Assembly: GCA_021613535.1 (NCBI GenBank)
Contig: CP075494.1
Span: 3,348,001 to 3,412,000 of the forward strand
Source of the DNA: Adineta vaga
Lineage: Eukaryota > Animalia > Rotifera
Reading direction: 5' to 3'
Length of the DNA stretch: 64,000 bases
In this document: positions 23,993 to 36,829 of the stretch, piece by piece
Layout: each line of letters begins with the position of its first letter
Numbering within the stretch: position 1 is the first letter of the stretch
The notes under the pieces: generated by a model
What the model was told of the DNA's origin: nothing
The model's database searches: none
What the model saw: only the letters and a program-made list of their open reading frames with translations
Position numbers and translations under genes: made by a program

Positions 23993-25807
23993 TTATCCTC
24001 CCCTTACACGTCTAATTAAATAAATCATTTGCCCATTACTAGTTTCTCCCGATACTCCTGCTAGCTGTATGCTTTGACCTATATATAATGATGTAACCAG
24101 TCTCAATGGTTCCCCATTGATAGTTAGCCCTGATCCATCGAAAAGCCTACCGCTCTCAAAATCTCTAACTATTTCTTGTGGCATCTCATGATCTAATGTC
24201 CAACCTGGAATTTCATACTGGATGTTTCCATACAAAGTTTTCGTATCTTGACAAAGTTCAACCATTTTTGTATCAATTGTTCTGCTAATTCGTTGTGCTA
24301 AACTTATTGAATGATATGCACCATTATCCACTGAAATCACATTAATGCCTTTTTTTTGCAGTTGCGTTTTCCAAGCGTCAACAATTCTTGTCTGAGTGAA
24401 TACCAAATAAACAGGAAAGAATGCCTGCTTCGTTGAGATAACCTTTTCTGCTAGAAAAGTTTGACATTTCTGATTGTACTTATAGTTCTCTGATGTTTCT
24501 GATTTACCATCGTTCTTTGGAGTTCCGCTAATTATATAATACTCACTGGGTATCAAAGGCTTATAACCATCAATATTATGTAAAGACCCATGATGTGGAA
24601 TTTGTAATATTGCGGTCTGTTTAATGTCAAATTTGTTAAGTGCTTGGTCGATTTCATGAAAATGTTGATCTCCAGTCAACACAATTGTTCTATTGTTGGT
24701 GAAGATGATTGCGATCAGTGAGTTTTTGTTGTTATTCTTCTTGTCATGTTTGAATTTAGGATAGACTACTTGCAATTTGGATTCATCGTTTAAATTAATG
24801 ATAACTGAACCTGTGTTGAAGTTTCGTTCATCACCAAGCACTTTAATATCTTTATCAGCATCAAACTTTTTTTTGTCAAGAGGCGAGAGTAGAAACAGTT
24901 CTGGAACTGGTTTCAAATTTCGAAGATATGAAATCAGTTTTTTTAATCCATTAATATGATCACGATCATCATGTGAGATTATGAGAATAACTATTTGGAT
25001 GTCAATCTTTTTGCCTATTTTCCTCAAACATGCTGAAAGATGTTCAGCATATACCATGTAGCCGAAATCGTATATTATCACACATTTTCCAATGACGATG
25101 ACTGCCGAATCACCTTTTCCCTGATTGATCACGTTGTACGAGTTGTGTTCATCACTATCATTTCTATCAAACTCATAGAGGTTATCTTCCACCTCTCCTT
25201 CGTCAGAATAATCTCCACGTTCGTATAATATAGAATCGTTTTCTATAAAATAAAAATCCGATATAGTATCAATGATTTGACCGGGACACCCAAGACGAGG
25301 ACATGTTGTCTCACATTTATATTCTACTTCTTCACTGTCGTCAAATGAATCTATTATATTGTATATCGCATTGAATTTTCGTCTACAGTAAGAGCAGATA
25401 ACCGGTTTTTTTATTTGTTTTCGAATGGAAGAATCAATATCTTCTGAGTAAAAGATTTGACGGTCGTAGTTATATGCAATACCATTGGGATCAACATAAT
25501 AATCCACACTAATCTCTTGATCGGATGTGACTCCGCATTTTGGACACTCATCTTCACACATATAGGTGATCCATACATCCCAACCCATTTGTCTTTCTCG
25601 GCCGTATCTTTCTTTTTGTTTGACGAATTGTCCGTTGAACACGCTGTTGCAGTTATTGCAAACGATGGATTTTTGAAGTGTCTCTGGAGGACACATGCAG
25701 CTATTATCAATGACATCATCTTGATCTAAGTCTTCGTCATCGATGATGTCATTTTCATTGGAATTTTCGTCTTTATGAAGATTCTGCTTCGTATGAGACG
25801 ATGCCAT
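23993..25807 (-). CDS. ComEC/Rec2-type metallo-beta-lactamase-fold hydrolase with two N-terminal Zn-ribbon repeats and a ubiquitin-like C-terminal tail, intronless
   Basis: MBL motifs NQGKGDS, YDFG, SHDDRDHINGL, LTGDQ and QIPHHGS. Cys pairs CNNC/CPKC and CSYC/CPRLGC. Ends LIRRVRGG*. First ATG is at 25807. Confidence 0.85.
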   Translation of the reverse strand: MASSHTKQNLHKDENSNENDIIDDEDLDQDDVIDNSCMCPPETLQKSIVCNNCNSVFNGQFVKQKERYGRERQMGWDVWITYMCEDECPKCGVTSDQEISVDYYVDPNGIAYNYDRQIFYSEDIDSSIRKQIKKPVICSYCRRKFNAIYNIIDSFDDSEEVEYKCETTCPRLGCPGQIIDTISDFYFIENDSILYERGDYSDEGEVEDNLYEFDRNDSDEHNSYNVINQGKGDSAVIVIGKCVIIYDFGYMVYAEHLSACLRKIGKKIDIQIVILIISHDDRDHINGLKKLISYLRNLKPVPELFLLSPLDKKKFDADKDIKVLGDERNFNTGSVIINLNDESKLQVVYPKFKHDKKNNNKNSLIAIIFTNNRTIVLTGDQHFHEIDQALNKFDIKQTAILQIPHHGSLHNIDGYKPLIPSEYYIISGTPKNDGKSETSENYKYNQKCQTFLAEKVISTKQAFFPVYLVFTQTRIVDAWKTQLQKKGINVISVDNGAYHSISLAQRISRTIDTKMVELCQDTKTLYGNIQYEIPGWTLDHEMPQEIVRDFESGRLFDGSGLTINGEPLRLVTSLYIGQSIQLAGVSGETSNGQMIYLIRRVRGG

Positions 25808-26677
25808 ACCCCACACCCAAACAGAATCAGATAGAACACCGTTATCAAGAATACTTCTAAAAAACGAAAGATTATAGTGATACGCCGTGGAATAGACATG
25901 TTTCTAGTTCCAGTCCGTTTTGCACTAAGTCAGATTGAAACCCAGTTAACTGGTACTTTTACATGTCTAATGTAAACCCTTCAATTTAAATGGACTTTGA
26001 CGACCTTATTGTGACAACTTTTGATACGAAAGGGTCATCGTCGATAAAACTAGGTGTTATTGTATTTTTCCCTATCAGGAATCGCAATAATTGCATATAA
26101 AACATACACTTATATATTCGCGCATCGAAGAAAAGAAAAGAATATAAGAGAAGGTAATAAAATAAGGAAAAAGTAACACACAATCAAACACGATGTGTAC
26201 AGCATACGCTTAACAGGGAATATTACGCCAATAGTACGTTCGAAGAATTAATGTGTCTCATACCTAATATGTCAGTCATCACTCCTGCCATAAAACATTA
26301 TAACAAATATGTCGTATTTCACAATATATACGACGCATTACTATTCATATTTGTGTAATATTATGTGTCATTCACCTTTTCTCTTTTTACACGAGAAAAA
26401 AACACAGAGTTTTTCTTGTTCTCTATTCTTTTTCTTTCTCAATTATTTTGTGAGTCAGGTATTGCGTATGTTTTTAAGGTGTCTCAGTGTTAAAGTTGAA
26501 GCATTATCGAGAAACAAAAAGCTGAGAAGTTATATCAATATGTCAAAAAAGACTGCTGCATTTAAAGCGTGATCTAATTCCCTTTATGGTCCTCAATAGA
26601 TTGCTTTCGATTTCGCTCATTTTCACATATATGCTGAGGGCACTATTAGATGATGCTTTTCACAAATCGTATCAAAA

Positions 26678-26735
26678 AGGGTGTGGATGTGAGAGTGAGA
26701 TTGATGTTGAAATATGCTACCCTCACCCATACCTA
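26678..26735. repeat. Telomere-like inverted junction motif
   Basis: GGGTGTGGATGTGAGAGTGAG ... CTACCCTCACCCATACC. Confidence 0.65.
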
Positions 26736-27345
26736 CTAACTTTCATCACATACATTTCACAAAGAGACCTGTATCTCATAGAAGCCGTCTCTTGGCACCA
26801 TCGAGAAAAAATGCGACATCATTTTTTCTATTGGAGAGAAAACGATGAGCGAAGAAATACTTTTTATGAAAGGAAAGCAATAAGTCGTATACCATTTTTT
26901 ATTTTTTTCTCTTCTCTTTCTTTCATTTTATTTCTTTATTTTATTCACTTTTATTTCTTTGTCCTTAGTCTTTTTTGTAATCATTGGATTTTTCTTCTTC
27001 CTATATCATGTACTTTCAATGAAATAGAATATGCTACCACAATATGTTTCGCTCTTGATTAGAGTGACCATTAAGGTTGTGACGCTTCTTTCTATAGCTT
27101 AACAAAGAATAATCAACGGTTAAAGAAGTGACTAGCAACAATAAAACGCATTTGAATTATACGTTTCATCTGGAAAAAGAAGAGTATTAACAAAACATAA
27201 TTTCTTGAGATGTATTCAAATAGTGCAAGTTTACCATTCAAAACACTGACAAAATATTAGGATAAAATTCATTCTGTAAATATGCTGTGTGAGTCTTTTC
27301 GCTAATGAACGAACAGCAAAATAATAAAAGATTGGGATGGGTTTG

Positions 27346-27513
27346 AGTAAACGCCTCCCCAGATTAAAAGACCGCCTGCATTATAAGACCTCTTTCAGCA
27401 TATTTTCCCTAGTAATTTTGTGTTTTTCCCAGCAAAAAAGACCAAAAATTTTCAAAAGTTTGCGGGATCATATTAGAAGACCAGAAGTCTTTTAATCTGG
27501 GGAGGGGTTTACT
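27346..27513. mobile_element. MITE (168 bp) with 27-bp terminal inverted repeats
   Basis: AGTAAACGCCTCCCCAGATTAAAAGAC (27346-27372) versus GTCTTTTAATCTGGGGAGGGGTTTACT (27487-27513), one mismatch; no coding capacity. Confidence 0.8.
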
Positions 27514-27525
27514 ACATCTATCTGA

Positions 27526-27549
27526 CACCCACACCCACCCTCAAGATGG
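27526..27549. repeat. Telomere-like junction motif, C arm
   Basis: CACCCACACCCACCCTCAAGATGG, identical over 24 nt to 23346-23369. Confidence 0.85.
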
Positions 27550-27709
27550 ATAAACCGTCCTTCATTCTCCATTATCTTTTTGTTATATTTTCATACTAAT
27601 GAGTAAAATATGAATTCAATGAATAATAACAATAAAAGGTCTAAATCCTATAGTTTTTGTATATTTATTTTCATAATGTCGAAATTTTTTCCTAAAAATC
27701 TTTGTTCAT

Positions 27710-28900
27710 TTATTTTGTCGATACATTTGGTATTGAATTAATTTGATTTTTATTTGAATTTACTGAAATATTCGTTGAAGTGTCTTCATTTATTTTTAAA
27801 CATCTTCCAGGATGAATTATATTAAATAAAATTGTTGAAATAAATATAAGTAAAGCATCAAATATATAAATTGGCCATTCATTTGTTTGTAAATAACCTG
27901 TATTATCTTCACTAAATTCAATAACACGAAATATTGATCGAATCTAAAATGTTCCAAAAAGAAAAAAGATGAAATTTCTTCAATATAAATTATTTTACGA
28001 GAATCAATGCACAAGCGATATATAAAGTTCTCATTAACCATTTCCATTTTCCATCATTTTTTCCACTTTTAGTAGCAACAATATCAAAATGAATCGCACA
28101 AATTATAAAGAATATAAATGTTACAACTTGAATAACTAAACCAGCTAATAAAATATTTTTTCCAATATTCAAATTATTTGAATTATTTCGATTTAATAAT
28201 ATAATTGCTCCAATGATCTTCAAATTTAAAAAGAAACTAAGATATAATTTTCATTGAAATTGAATATATATTTACTTGAATTATAAATGAAATAATATCA
28301 CATATAACAAATACGATTGCAATCCATTTAGCTGGAATTATTGATGGATGGTTAACAAAACGAATACTAGAAGAAAAACAGCAAAGTTATATGAAATTTT
28401 CATCAAAATATTTCTTTACATTCAACCAAGAATTATATAAACACTTGCAGCAAGAAATATTGGAGCTAAGACTAAAAATGCATATTGAGCTGAATAAAGA
28501 CTTATATTATACGGATTTTGTCGAGATGCTAATCGTGTTGCATAACCAACAACTTCAGCTAAACGAAAAAATAATTCTTTTCTGTTTTAATTAAATTCTA
28601 TTTTTATTTTACCAATTCCACAAATAACAATTGGAATAAGATAGAATGTTTTATAACGAATTAATTGATAAATATGACAAATAGTTGCAAGAAAAAAAAC
28701 TCCTAAAAATATCGATGCTGCTGGTACAGATGGATCATATCGAAATGCAGTTTGAGAATCTGTTTAAAGAAGAGAAAAAAGAAAATGATTTATTTCAAAT
28801 GAATATTTTATAAATCTCCAGTAGCAGCATGACCGAGGAGACAATACGCTTCCCTGATTTTTAAATTAATATTCTAAGACTTACAATCAATAGTTGACAT
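27710..28900 (-). CDS. RTA1-like membrane protein (fungal lipid-translocating exporter family), multi-exon
   Basis: Motifs FRYDPSVPAA, EVVGYATR, LVLAPIFLAASVYIILG, FVICDIISFIIQ, GKNILLAGLVIQV, IRSIFRVIEF, EWPIYIFDA and HPGR, split by short GT-AG introns. First exon is uncertain. Confidence 0.85.
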
Positions 28901-29342
28901 ATTTTATATTTAAATCAGGTGAAAATGGTAAAAAATTTCGTTTGATAAATAATTGAATTGAATGTTTATATTATTTTACGTGGAGACAAATGTAAGAGTA
29001 CGATAATTTTTTTCTTTTGACGAACAGCAAAGAAAAAAACATGCCTTCTACTTTATCAGAGAAAAAAGTTCAGAATGCAGGAAAGTGCATTGACGATTAT
29101 CGTACTGAGAGTACGAGTGACCTTTTGTAACTTGACTACGAGTTTCTAAAGTGGTTGATGAAAAAAATTAAATATATATTTCTTCTAGAATTTCGAATGT
29201 TTTTCAAATGTAATATATTTGACATATTGTTACATACTGAATAACTGATTATTTTACAAGTAACGCTCATTCTTTTGAACTCGCGCACCCTTTTCTGAAA
29301 GAATTACAAGTGCCCAGGATATTTAGATATTTCGAATAACAA

Positions 29343-29409
29343 GGATGTGGTGAGGGTGTCGGCGTGTAGGAGAGTAGGAAAAATGCCCTCACACATCCAC
29401 ACCCTCAAA
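29343..29409. repeat. Telomere-like inverted junction motif
   Basis: GGATGTGGTGAGGGTGTC ... GCCCTCACACATCCACACCCTCAAA. Confidence 0.8.
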
Positions 29410-29450
29410 ATTATTAATTTTTTATTTATGAATGCAACGCACTTCATCGT

Positions 29451-31437
29451 TTAGTTATACAACTTGTTGTTATGTAATCTGACAAAAGTTATTAGATTTG
29501 AAGAGAGATACTTTTGATAATTGGTTCTTTTCGACACAATAATTTGAGCACATCGACATCTAAGTGAGAGATTTCGATTGGAACGAAGAAATTCTTTGAC
29601 CGTTGGTTCTAACGCTAAATCTTCTGGTAAATTACCTCTACTATCAATACAATCAGCATGAGCTCCTTGAGCATGAAGTAGTTGAATAATCGGCTTGGCA
29701 ATATCAATATTGGAGCATCTTGCAATCATATGCAATGGTCGAGTGAAGGACCAATCGGTATCGATTTCATTGACATTTGCGCCACAGAGAATGAGTAAAT
29801 GAATAACTGACAAAGTTGAGACACTAAATAAAAGACGAATAATTTTGCCAGTCTTGATTTATAAATTTGAGAAAACGACATACTTGAAAATAGGAAGTTC
29901 ATGAACAGAAGAGTTATTCGCATAAACTCTAATGTAGTAGATCAGAAAACTGTATTTCATTGTCTTATTTTGCACTATTCGTCGTGCGTTAGCGAGAAGT
30001 GAACGACGTTCGTAATTGTTCATTTTTACTGTTTTAAACATCTGTAAAATCATAAAAATCTATTTCTTATTGAGCACCTTCTAGATAAGTATACTGTCTT
30101 ACGTTAACGATCGTTGCCAGGAATTCAAAAATACGCCATATATTATGATACATGCCTTCGTCGAGTAACCAAGCCGTAACTATTTCAATTGAATAGATGG
30201 GTACTATACCAGTTTCGTTACATGTACCGCTCAGATCTGTGATGAGTTCATGAAAATGACTTCTGTGCCAATTGAAAAGTACATCATAATCGATTTGAGT
30301 GGACACAGCTATTTGATGAGCATGTATACGTAACTGAAGCGAGCGGTAAAATAAATGGTTACGTCGATAGACATTACATTGCCGATAGATAAATTTCAAC
30401 AAAAGATCAACATCACCAAGTCGAAGTAAAATTCGTTCACTAGCAAGTAAGGCATGCGTACGCATGGCATTATCATCATCTCGTATTGCTAACAATTGAT
30501 CGAGTGTCTGACACTCTTGACGGCATTCAGCTGCTTTGTGGAGAATAGTAGGCTCTCTTGATTCTTCCTTATTGACACCTTGGACAAAAAAATCAAATGC
30601 TTTCTGACGATTTTGTACATCGCCAGTGATAGTATAATGACAAGCAAGTAACACCAATTCATCCACAGCTTCTTGTAGTGGTAATCGTTCGAAAAGTAAA
30701 TCAACGAGTAAACTTAAATTGTGATGAGCTACTAACATTAATGCGGAGAATCCATCCCTATTTCTTCCAATTTCGCCATGACAAATGAGAGTTTTAGCAG
30801 TATCCATATATCCTGCGTTAATAACACAATCCAGAGCTGTTCGACCGAGGTGATCCTCCTGTCGAACATCACATCGAGCGGCCAAATAATTCATCAACGC
30901 TTCATTTCCTCCTTCAAATGCAATAAAGAAAGCTTTACAGAGAGCAGCACTTGCATGACCACGTTCAACAAGTTTTCGGACGAGATTCATATCGTTCCTC
31001 TCACATGCTATTGCCAGTGGTGATTGACCATTTCGTGGATGAATATAATTGACGATGTTTGGAGGAAGATCTTCGTAGTAGATTTTGTTTAGTATGACAT
31101 CAATGCAATCCGAGTGTTGAAGGTTAATGGCTTTCAGAAGAATATCTTCTCCACTAATGTATTTCCAGCGATAGAAATTGTTCGACCAATATTTTTCTTT
31201 ACTATTATATAGATTGATCGGTGGAAGAAGATCGTTGAGTTGACCAACATTATTCTGACGGATTGCTTGATGAATTTGATCCCATTGCGATTGAATATCT
31301 TGCTTCATCTCCCACTCTTCATCCCATTTCTCACATGATTGTGTATCAATATCATCATAAAAATGAATCGATTGACTTCTTCCATATAACGATTTGTTTT
31401 TTTTTCGAGACTTGCATCGTTCAGACTTCCATGCCAT
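29451..31437 (-). CDS. Fem-1-like ankyrin-repeat protein with a C-terminal BC/SOCS-box-like motif, multi-exon
   Basis: Ankyrin repeats GQSPLAIAC, GRTALDC, GFSALM and RPLHMIA; fem-1-like HALLASERIL; C-terminal LSLRCRCAQII. Exact splice sites were not resolved. Confidence 0.75.
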
Positions 31438-31712
31438 ACGGATTTTTCACTAAAAATACTAAGCAATATTTTATTTATATAGAAGCAATACAAAATGAAG
31501 TAAGTCTTTCCATTTAAACCAAAAAAACAAACTTTCATAATTTTGCATCGAAATGATAAAAACATATTTTTTGACATTAGTTAGAGAAAGGCAAATAATC
31601 ATAACAGTAATTTCATGTTGAAAGTGAAATGACACGTGGTTTGAAGAAAGAAAAACTAACGTATGTATCAATATAAACTTTGCATTGACAAATTCAATGA
31701 GAAGCATATACA

Positions 31713-33115
31713 ATGTTGTCAACTTTCGAAAGTCTACCAAATGAAATTATTATGATTATTGTGAAATATTCTGGTGATGTTTTTAGTATATTACGAACAT
31801 ATCTTGGTTTGCATGAACGTTTCAATCAAATTCTTTTGGATAAACGTTTGCATCTATTGACGGATTTTTTACATATTAATCTATGTCATGGAAACTTCGA
31901 TTATTACTACGATTCTCACGTATTTCGAGGAGTAACAGAAGAATTGTTCTCCATGAAACATTCGATCACAGATCAACAACTTCGTCAATGTTTTCAATCG
32001 TTGATTGTTTTTCACCTTAGAGAACGATATAATAAATTAAAAGAAGAATTTCAATAAAATGCAGAAAATATCGAAAATGTTTCAACGATGAGCAACTCTT
32101 GGAAGCGAATAACGAATTAAAAGAAATATTTAATAAATTACTATCGAAGCCCTTATCGAAAGGCGATATCAAACGTGTGGAATCTCTAATTTTTTTACGA
32201 GGTGCGCGTCTTGAATGTCCCGATAATCATGTTAGTGATGATTTAAATCTAGCAAAAGCGTTTAATAAGCTATTCTTTGCTCATATTGACAATACTCGAT
32301 TTATTAGTCGAGCACGTCTCAATATGAATTGTTATCGAGTGATAATTGATCTAGCATTGTTTATTTTTCAATATGCAAAACAGATAGTCACCGAAAACGA
32401 TTGGTGTGAATTGACCGTCTGGGAAATATTGGCAGAGCTAGTACATTCAAATATGTCTTGTGTTGAGGATGGATTATTTGTTCAAACTAGTCAATCGGAA
32501 CTATTGAAAATTCTCTTGAATGAACGTATTATACGAGCAAGTATTTATGATGAACTTTTATGTAATATTATCGAACGAACTATGAAAAATCTAATCAAAA
32601 AAACTCGTCTCGATCTAATCTTGTTGATCTGTGAACATCATAACTGTGTACAGAATATTTTTGAAAATCCTGAAAAAAATCGAATATTCGTTGATCAGAT
32701 GACTGGAGATCGGTCAGGATGAGAAATATTCACAATATTGATGGAGAAGAAAATATTTCCCAGTTGATTTATCGATAAACATTTAGTATTTACTCTATTA
32801 CAAAAGAAGGAACGTCGATTGTTAGAAAGATTGTTAACATTATCATCATCTTTAATTTTTCAATTGCATAACGATGGAAATGATCTTTTACTTCATCTTT
32901 GTCTCAAGGTTAGAGATTGTCGACATCGAATAGTTGAATTACTTCTTCGCATGGGATGTAATCCACAACATCGCAATTTGAAAGGAGAGAATTTTCTAAA
33001 TGCAATACACTTGAATAGAAATCGAAAAGTATTCAATGATCTAATTGAACGAGAAATAATCAAAATTCAATATATATCCGGTGAAGAGACACAGGTTATA
33101 CCTATGTTTCAATGA
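31713..33115 (+). pseudogene. F-box + ankyrin gene, interrupted by stops and frameshifts
   Basis: F-box-like FESLPNEIIMII and C-terminal ankyrin-like DGNDLLLHLC..VELLLRMGCNPQHRNLKGEN, split over three ORFs without clear introns. Confidence 0.65.
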
Positions 33116-33357
33116 CTATTTTGTTTATTTGTTAACTCATACGATTTTATCATATATCAGTGTAGAATAGGTATCTACACCTACATCCTCAAGAAGAGTA
33201 AACATGAGTAATATAATTAATAGGTACTTTGGATGTGGGTGTTACCCTTAAGAGAATATGTATTTTTTTATTATCTTTCGACGATTTATTCTTCCTTTTT
33301 CTACGAAACGTCATTATTAAAGCGTCATTTTGTATAAGTGCATAATATATTACAACG

Positions 33358-34345
33358 ATGGGTAATAATAATGGTATTACTACAATTAATGTTAATCAAC
33401 TTGATTTAACTTATATTAGTGGTGAAACGATTGTTGGAACAATTAATTTACATACCAATGAAAAACAAATAAAAATTTATGAAATTCGTTTAGATTTAAT
33501 TGGTGTACTTGAATATAAAATATATGAAAAAAACAGAATATATTCCATTTTATTCTGATAAAATAATTTTAGCAGAAGCTCTTTTAAAAAACTCAAAATA
33601 AATTTATACTGAAAAAGAATATTCATGGCCATTTAAATTTCAATTAGCAATGCATATTCCATCTTGAATAAATAGATCTGATATAAACATTTCTATTAAA
33701 TATTATTTTGAAGTTAAAATTCGTAAAAATGAAAATAAATTTAAAACAATAGAAACAAAATATTTAACAATCATTTCACGTGTTAATTTATTAGAAAATC
33801 CTCAATATTTACAACCAGTTTCATTTGTAAGATATTTTTCACACGATATTATATTCAATAGTATTTTAAATAAATGAGGATATATTTCTGATGAATCAGT
33901 TATTGTAAAAATAGAAATTGATAATCCAAAAAGAATTTTATTTAAAAATATTCAAGTAACTATTCATCAATTATTTGAAATTAATGAATATAAATATCAA
34001 TCTGAATTGTATTGGAAAAATTTAACAGATTTTATTAATTGTAATGATGAACAATTACAAAATACATATTCTATTAATATTCCAACAAAATTTATTCATC
34101 CAACATTTGAATTTCGACGAAATTTTAATAAAAATATCAATATTAAAATATCTTATATACTTAGATTTACGTCGGAATATTTTGTTGTTGATATTCCAAT
34201 TGTAATAGGAACAGAACCGGCAATTTCAAATTTAATGATTAATTCATCTGCTTTAAATAATGAACAATTTATGAATATTGACAATGATTTACCACCTAGT
34301 TATGAATCGATTATGTTAAATAACAATAATTCATTTTTTCATTAA
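33358..34345 (+). pseudogene. Arrestin-domain (ARRDC-like) gene with in-frame stops
   Basis: YISGETIVGTI, YSWPFKFQL, IKYYFEV, ISYILRF, DIPIVIGT and a PPSY motif; TGA stops at about 33556 and 33875. Confidence 0.75.
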
Positions 34346-34630
34346 TAAAAGACTCGAATATTTTATTCTATTAAATAAATCTATAAACTAATATAAAATC
34401 GTTCATCTTATATATACGAATGAACGGTCTTGATGGTGTGAGAGTGAAAAGATGAGAAATATACACATCTATACATGAAATACATAATATAACGTCTTGT
34501 CTTTAATAATCTATAGAGAAGCACTATATTGAATTTAGTTCTAACATCCTGTTTTTTAGTAAGATTATAACTTATCCTTTATGCTAATATTTCAATATAC
34601 TCCTTGTTCAATATTCAGGTCTATCTTCTT

Positions 34631-34673
34631 CACTCACACCCTCACCCACACACCCACATCCACACCCTCAAAA
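34631..34673. repeat. Telomere-like junction motif, long C arm
   Basis: CACTCACACCCTCACCCACACACCCACATCCACACCCTCAAAA. Confidence 0.8.
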
Positions 34674-36829
34674 TATTCAGATGAAGTCGATCATTTTATT
34701 CTAGTGATTTGTCTTTTAACAGAATCGATTATGTATTCATCACTAACATCCACGTCGATTTCCCTCATATCTTTCATTCTGTATGTCGAAGAAGTTATTC
34801 TGATGAAACTTGTGACAACAAGTATAAATATGCATATATCATCAGTTAATAATCCTATTAATGAAGTCTCACAAGAAGCTTATCTAATTCACCTATTCGC
34901 CAAATCTTTCCATAGGGTAATCCAATTACATCGATTCAGAACTTTCAGGTTATTAACCTAATGTCATTCATATTTTCATTTTTAAGGACTAGACTTTAAC
35001 AAATAGAAACAATTTGCAAAGATTGTTGCATATAAAAATGGAGAGAAAAAAATCAGTTGTCTTGCTCTTTTATATCTAAATGACGAGCCCATCTTTATAT
35101 TCATGAAAGACAGTAATATCTTAAAACTAAATATGATATATGCATCTATGTAGTGTTTTATTAACGTCTAATTTTCATCATTTCTCTCCTTTTCTAAATC
35201 GAAATGTTATTATGTAAATGTAAAGAGTCTACTTAATTAAGTCATTATATTTTTTTCACAATAATTAAGAAAGTACGAAAGGGTAAAACAAATATCAAAC
35301 TATATTATAATTATTCATTTGATTTGGACGATATTGATAACAATTTATGATCGAATGCATCGACGGTTAATCGATGACGTATAATAATGCAGATGATAGT
35401 GGTAAAATAGAAAAATGAATTTGATGTATAACGACATCGAAAATATTCATTTTGTTCCAATGGTTATGATAATCTATATATACGAAATGTTTTCTTATCC
35501 ACTTTCTTTTTGAATACAATATGGTCTTAGGATTTTTTCCATTGTCTTCAATTGTTCTGTTTCAATAGTTGATTCAGAAAAAAAGACTTCAGATAAAATA
35601 TTAGTTAACTCATTCGATTGGTCTGATTCGTTGCTGATGATGGACGAGCATTCTCAACAGCCCAAACACTTCGTCTCTATAGAACAAGAATGAATTTATT
35701 TTTCTCATTCGAAAATAAATTTTACTTCATTTTTTGGTTTTAAATGAATTTTTGGACTCGATGTTCTAGTATTTTCAGCACTCCATATACTTTCTTTCTA
35801 AAACATAATAGTATAATGATGACGATGATGTTAGAGAAGTTTACTGAGTGACGGTGTTCACTGACAGAGTCTTCTGTGCTAATTAGAACACAAAAATCAC
35901 GTTCTTATATATGGACGAGTAAAGCGTTTTCTCTGCCCTCTTTTTGTTAAAAAAACTAATTTCTTTATTTACATTGTATTATGATATTTTTCATCAGTAA
36001 AAGTCATCTGGAGTGCAAAGTATGGAATTTATTCATAGGCATGGTTCTTTTTCTTTTCCATGATTGTAAGTAAAACACATGTGATGAAACCTGAAAACAT
36101 CGGATATTTGTTTACTTCCATTGAGTTTTATTCAAATAATATCTGCATTAGGAACATAGTTGGTAACTGTACTAGATATGCAATTGAAGACATCAATCAA
36201 AGCAAAACGCTTTTCGTATAAGATCACGTCGAGCTAATAGTCCGTGCAAACTTCTTTTCGAGTGGATGAGACAAGAGTAGAAAAGTGAAATTACGCAGTA
36301 CTCCATAGAAATTGTGGAGTATGAGTGAAGTATCGGAGTGTCGATTTCCTTTCCTTGCGGGATGAGAATGAGACGAGGCTTGAAGGTGTGATGATGGAGA
36401 TCAAAAAGTACATATACATTCATCTTCAAGCAGATTATAATATAAACATAAAAGAATAACATCGGCAATTTAAACAGTGTAACAGAACTCGATATTGTCG
36501 ATATAAGTAGAATGAAATAAATAAGCTATTTTATTTTATTTTGTTTCATATGAACTTTCCTTCATTTCAGAGAATATTGAAATTTACTGATTTTATATCC
36601 GTTCTTGAAGTATGAATTTCTAATGAGGAATTTTAATTTTTATCCGAGAAATCGTCCAAACGTGATGATGTTCGTATCAAGAAGATTATTATAAATGTAG
36701 ATTAAAGAAAATCCTTTCAGGGCATGTAAATTATCTTCAGTGTCTGCTTCAATAAACTTAATAATTCATGAAAAAGAGTAAATTTATTTAAAAGAAAATG
36801 TCGATACGATAGTCAACATTAATAAGAAT

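Noticed and set aside
26309-27062. ORFs 26309-26572 and 26586-27062
   Set aside because: Phe/Leu-rich translations of T-rich DNA, partly reading through the repeat motif (GCGCESE, PHP); no family motif.
34581-34961. ORF with THTLTHTPT repeat
   Set aside because: The repeat is just translation of the C-arm motif; the rest is probably the antisense of a decayed sequence.
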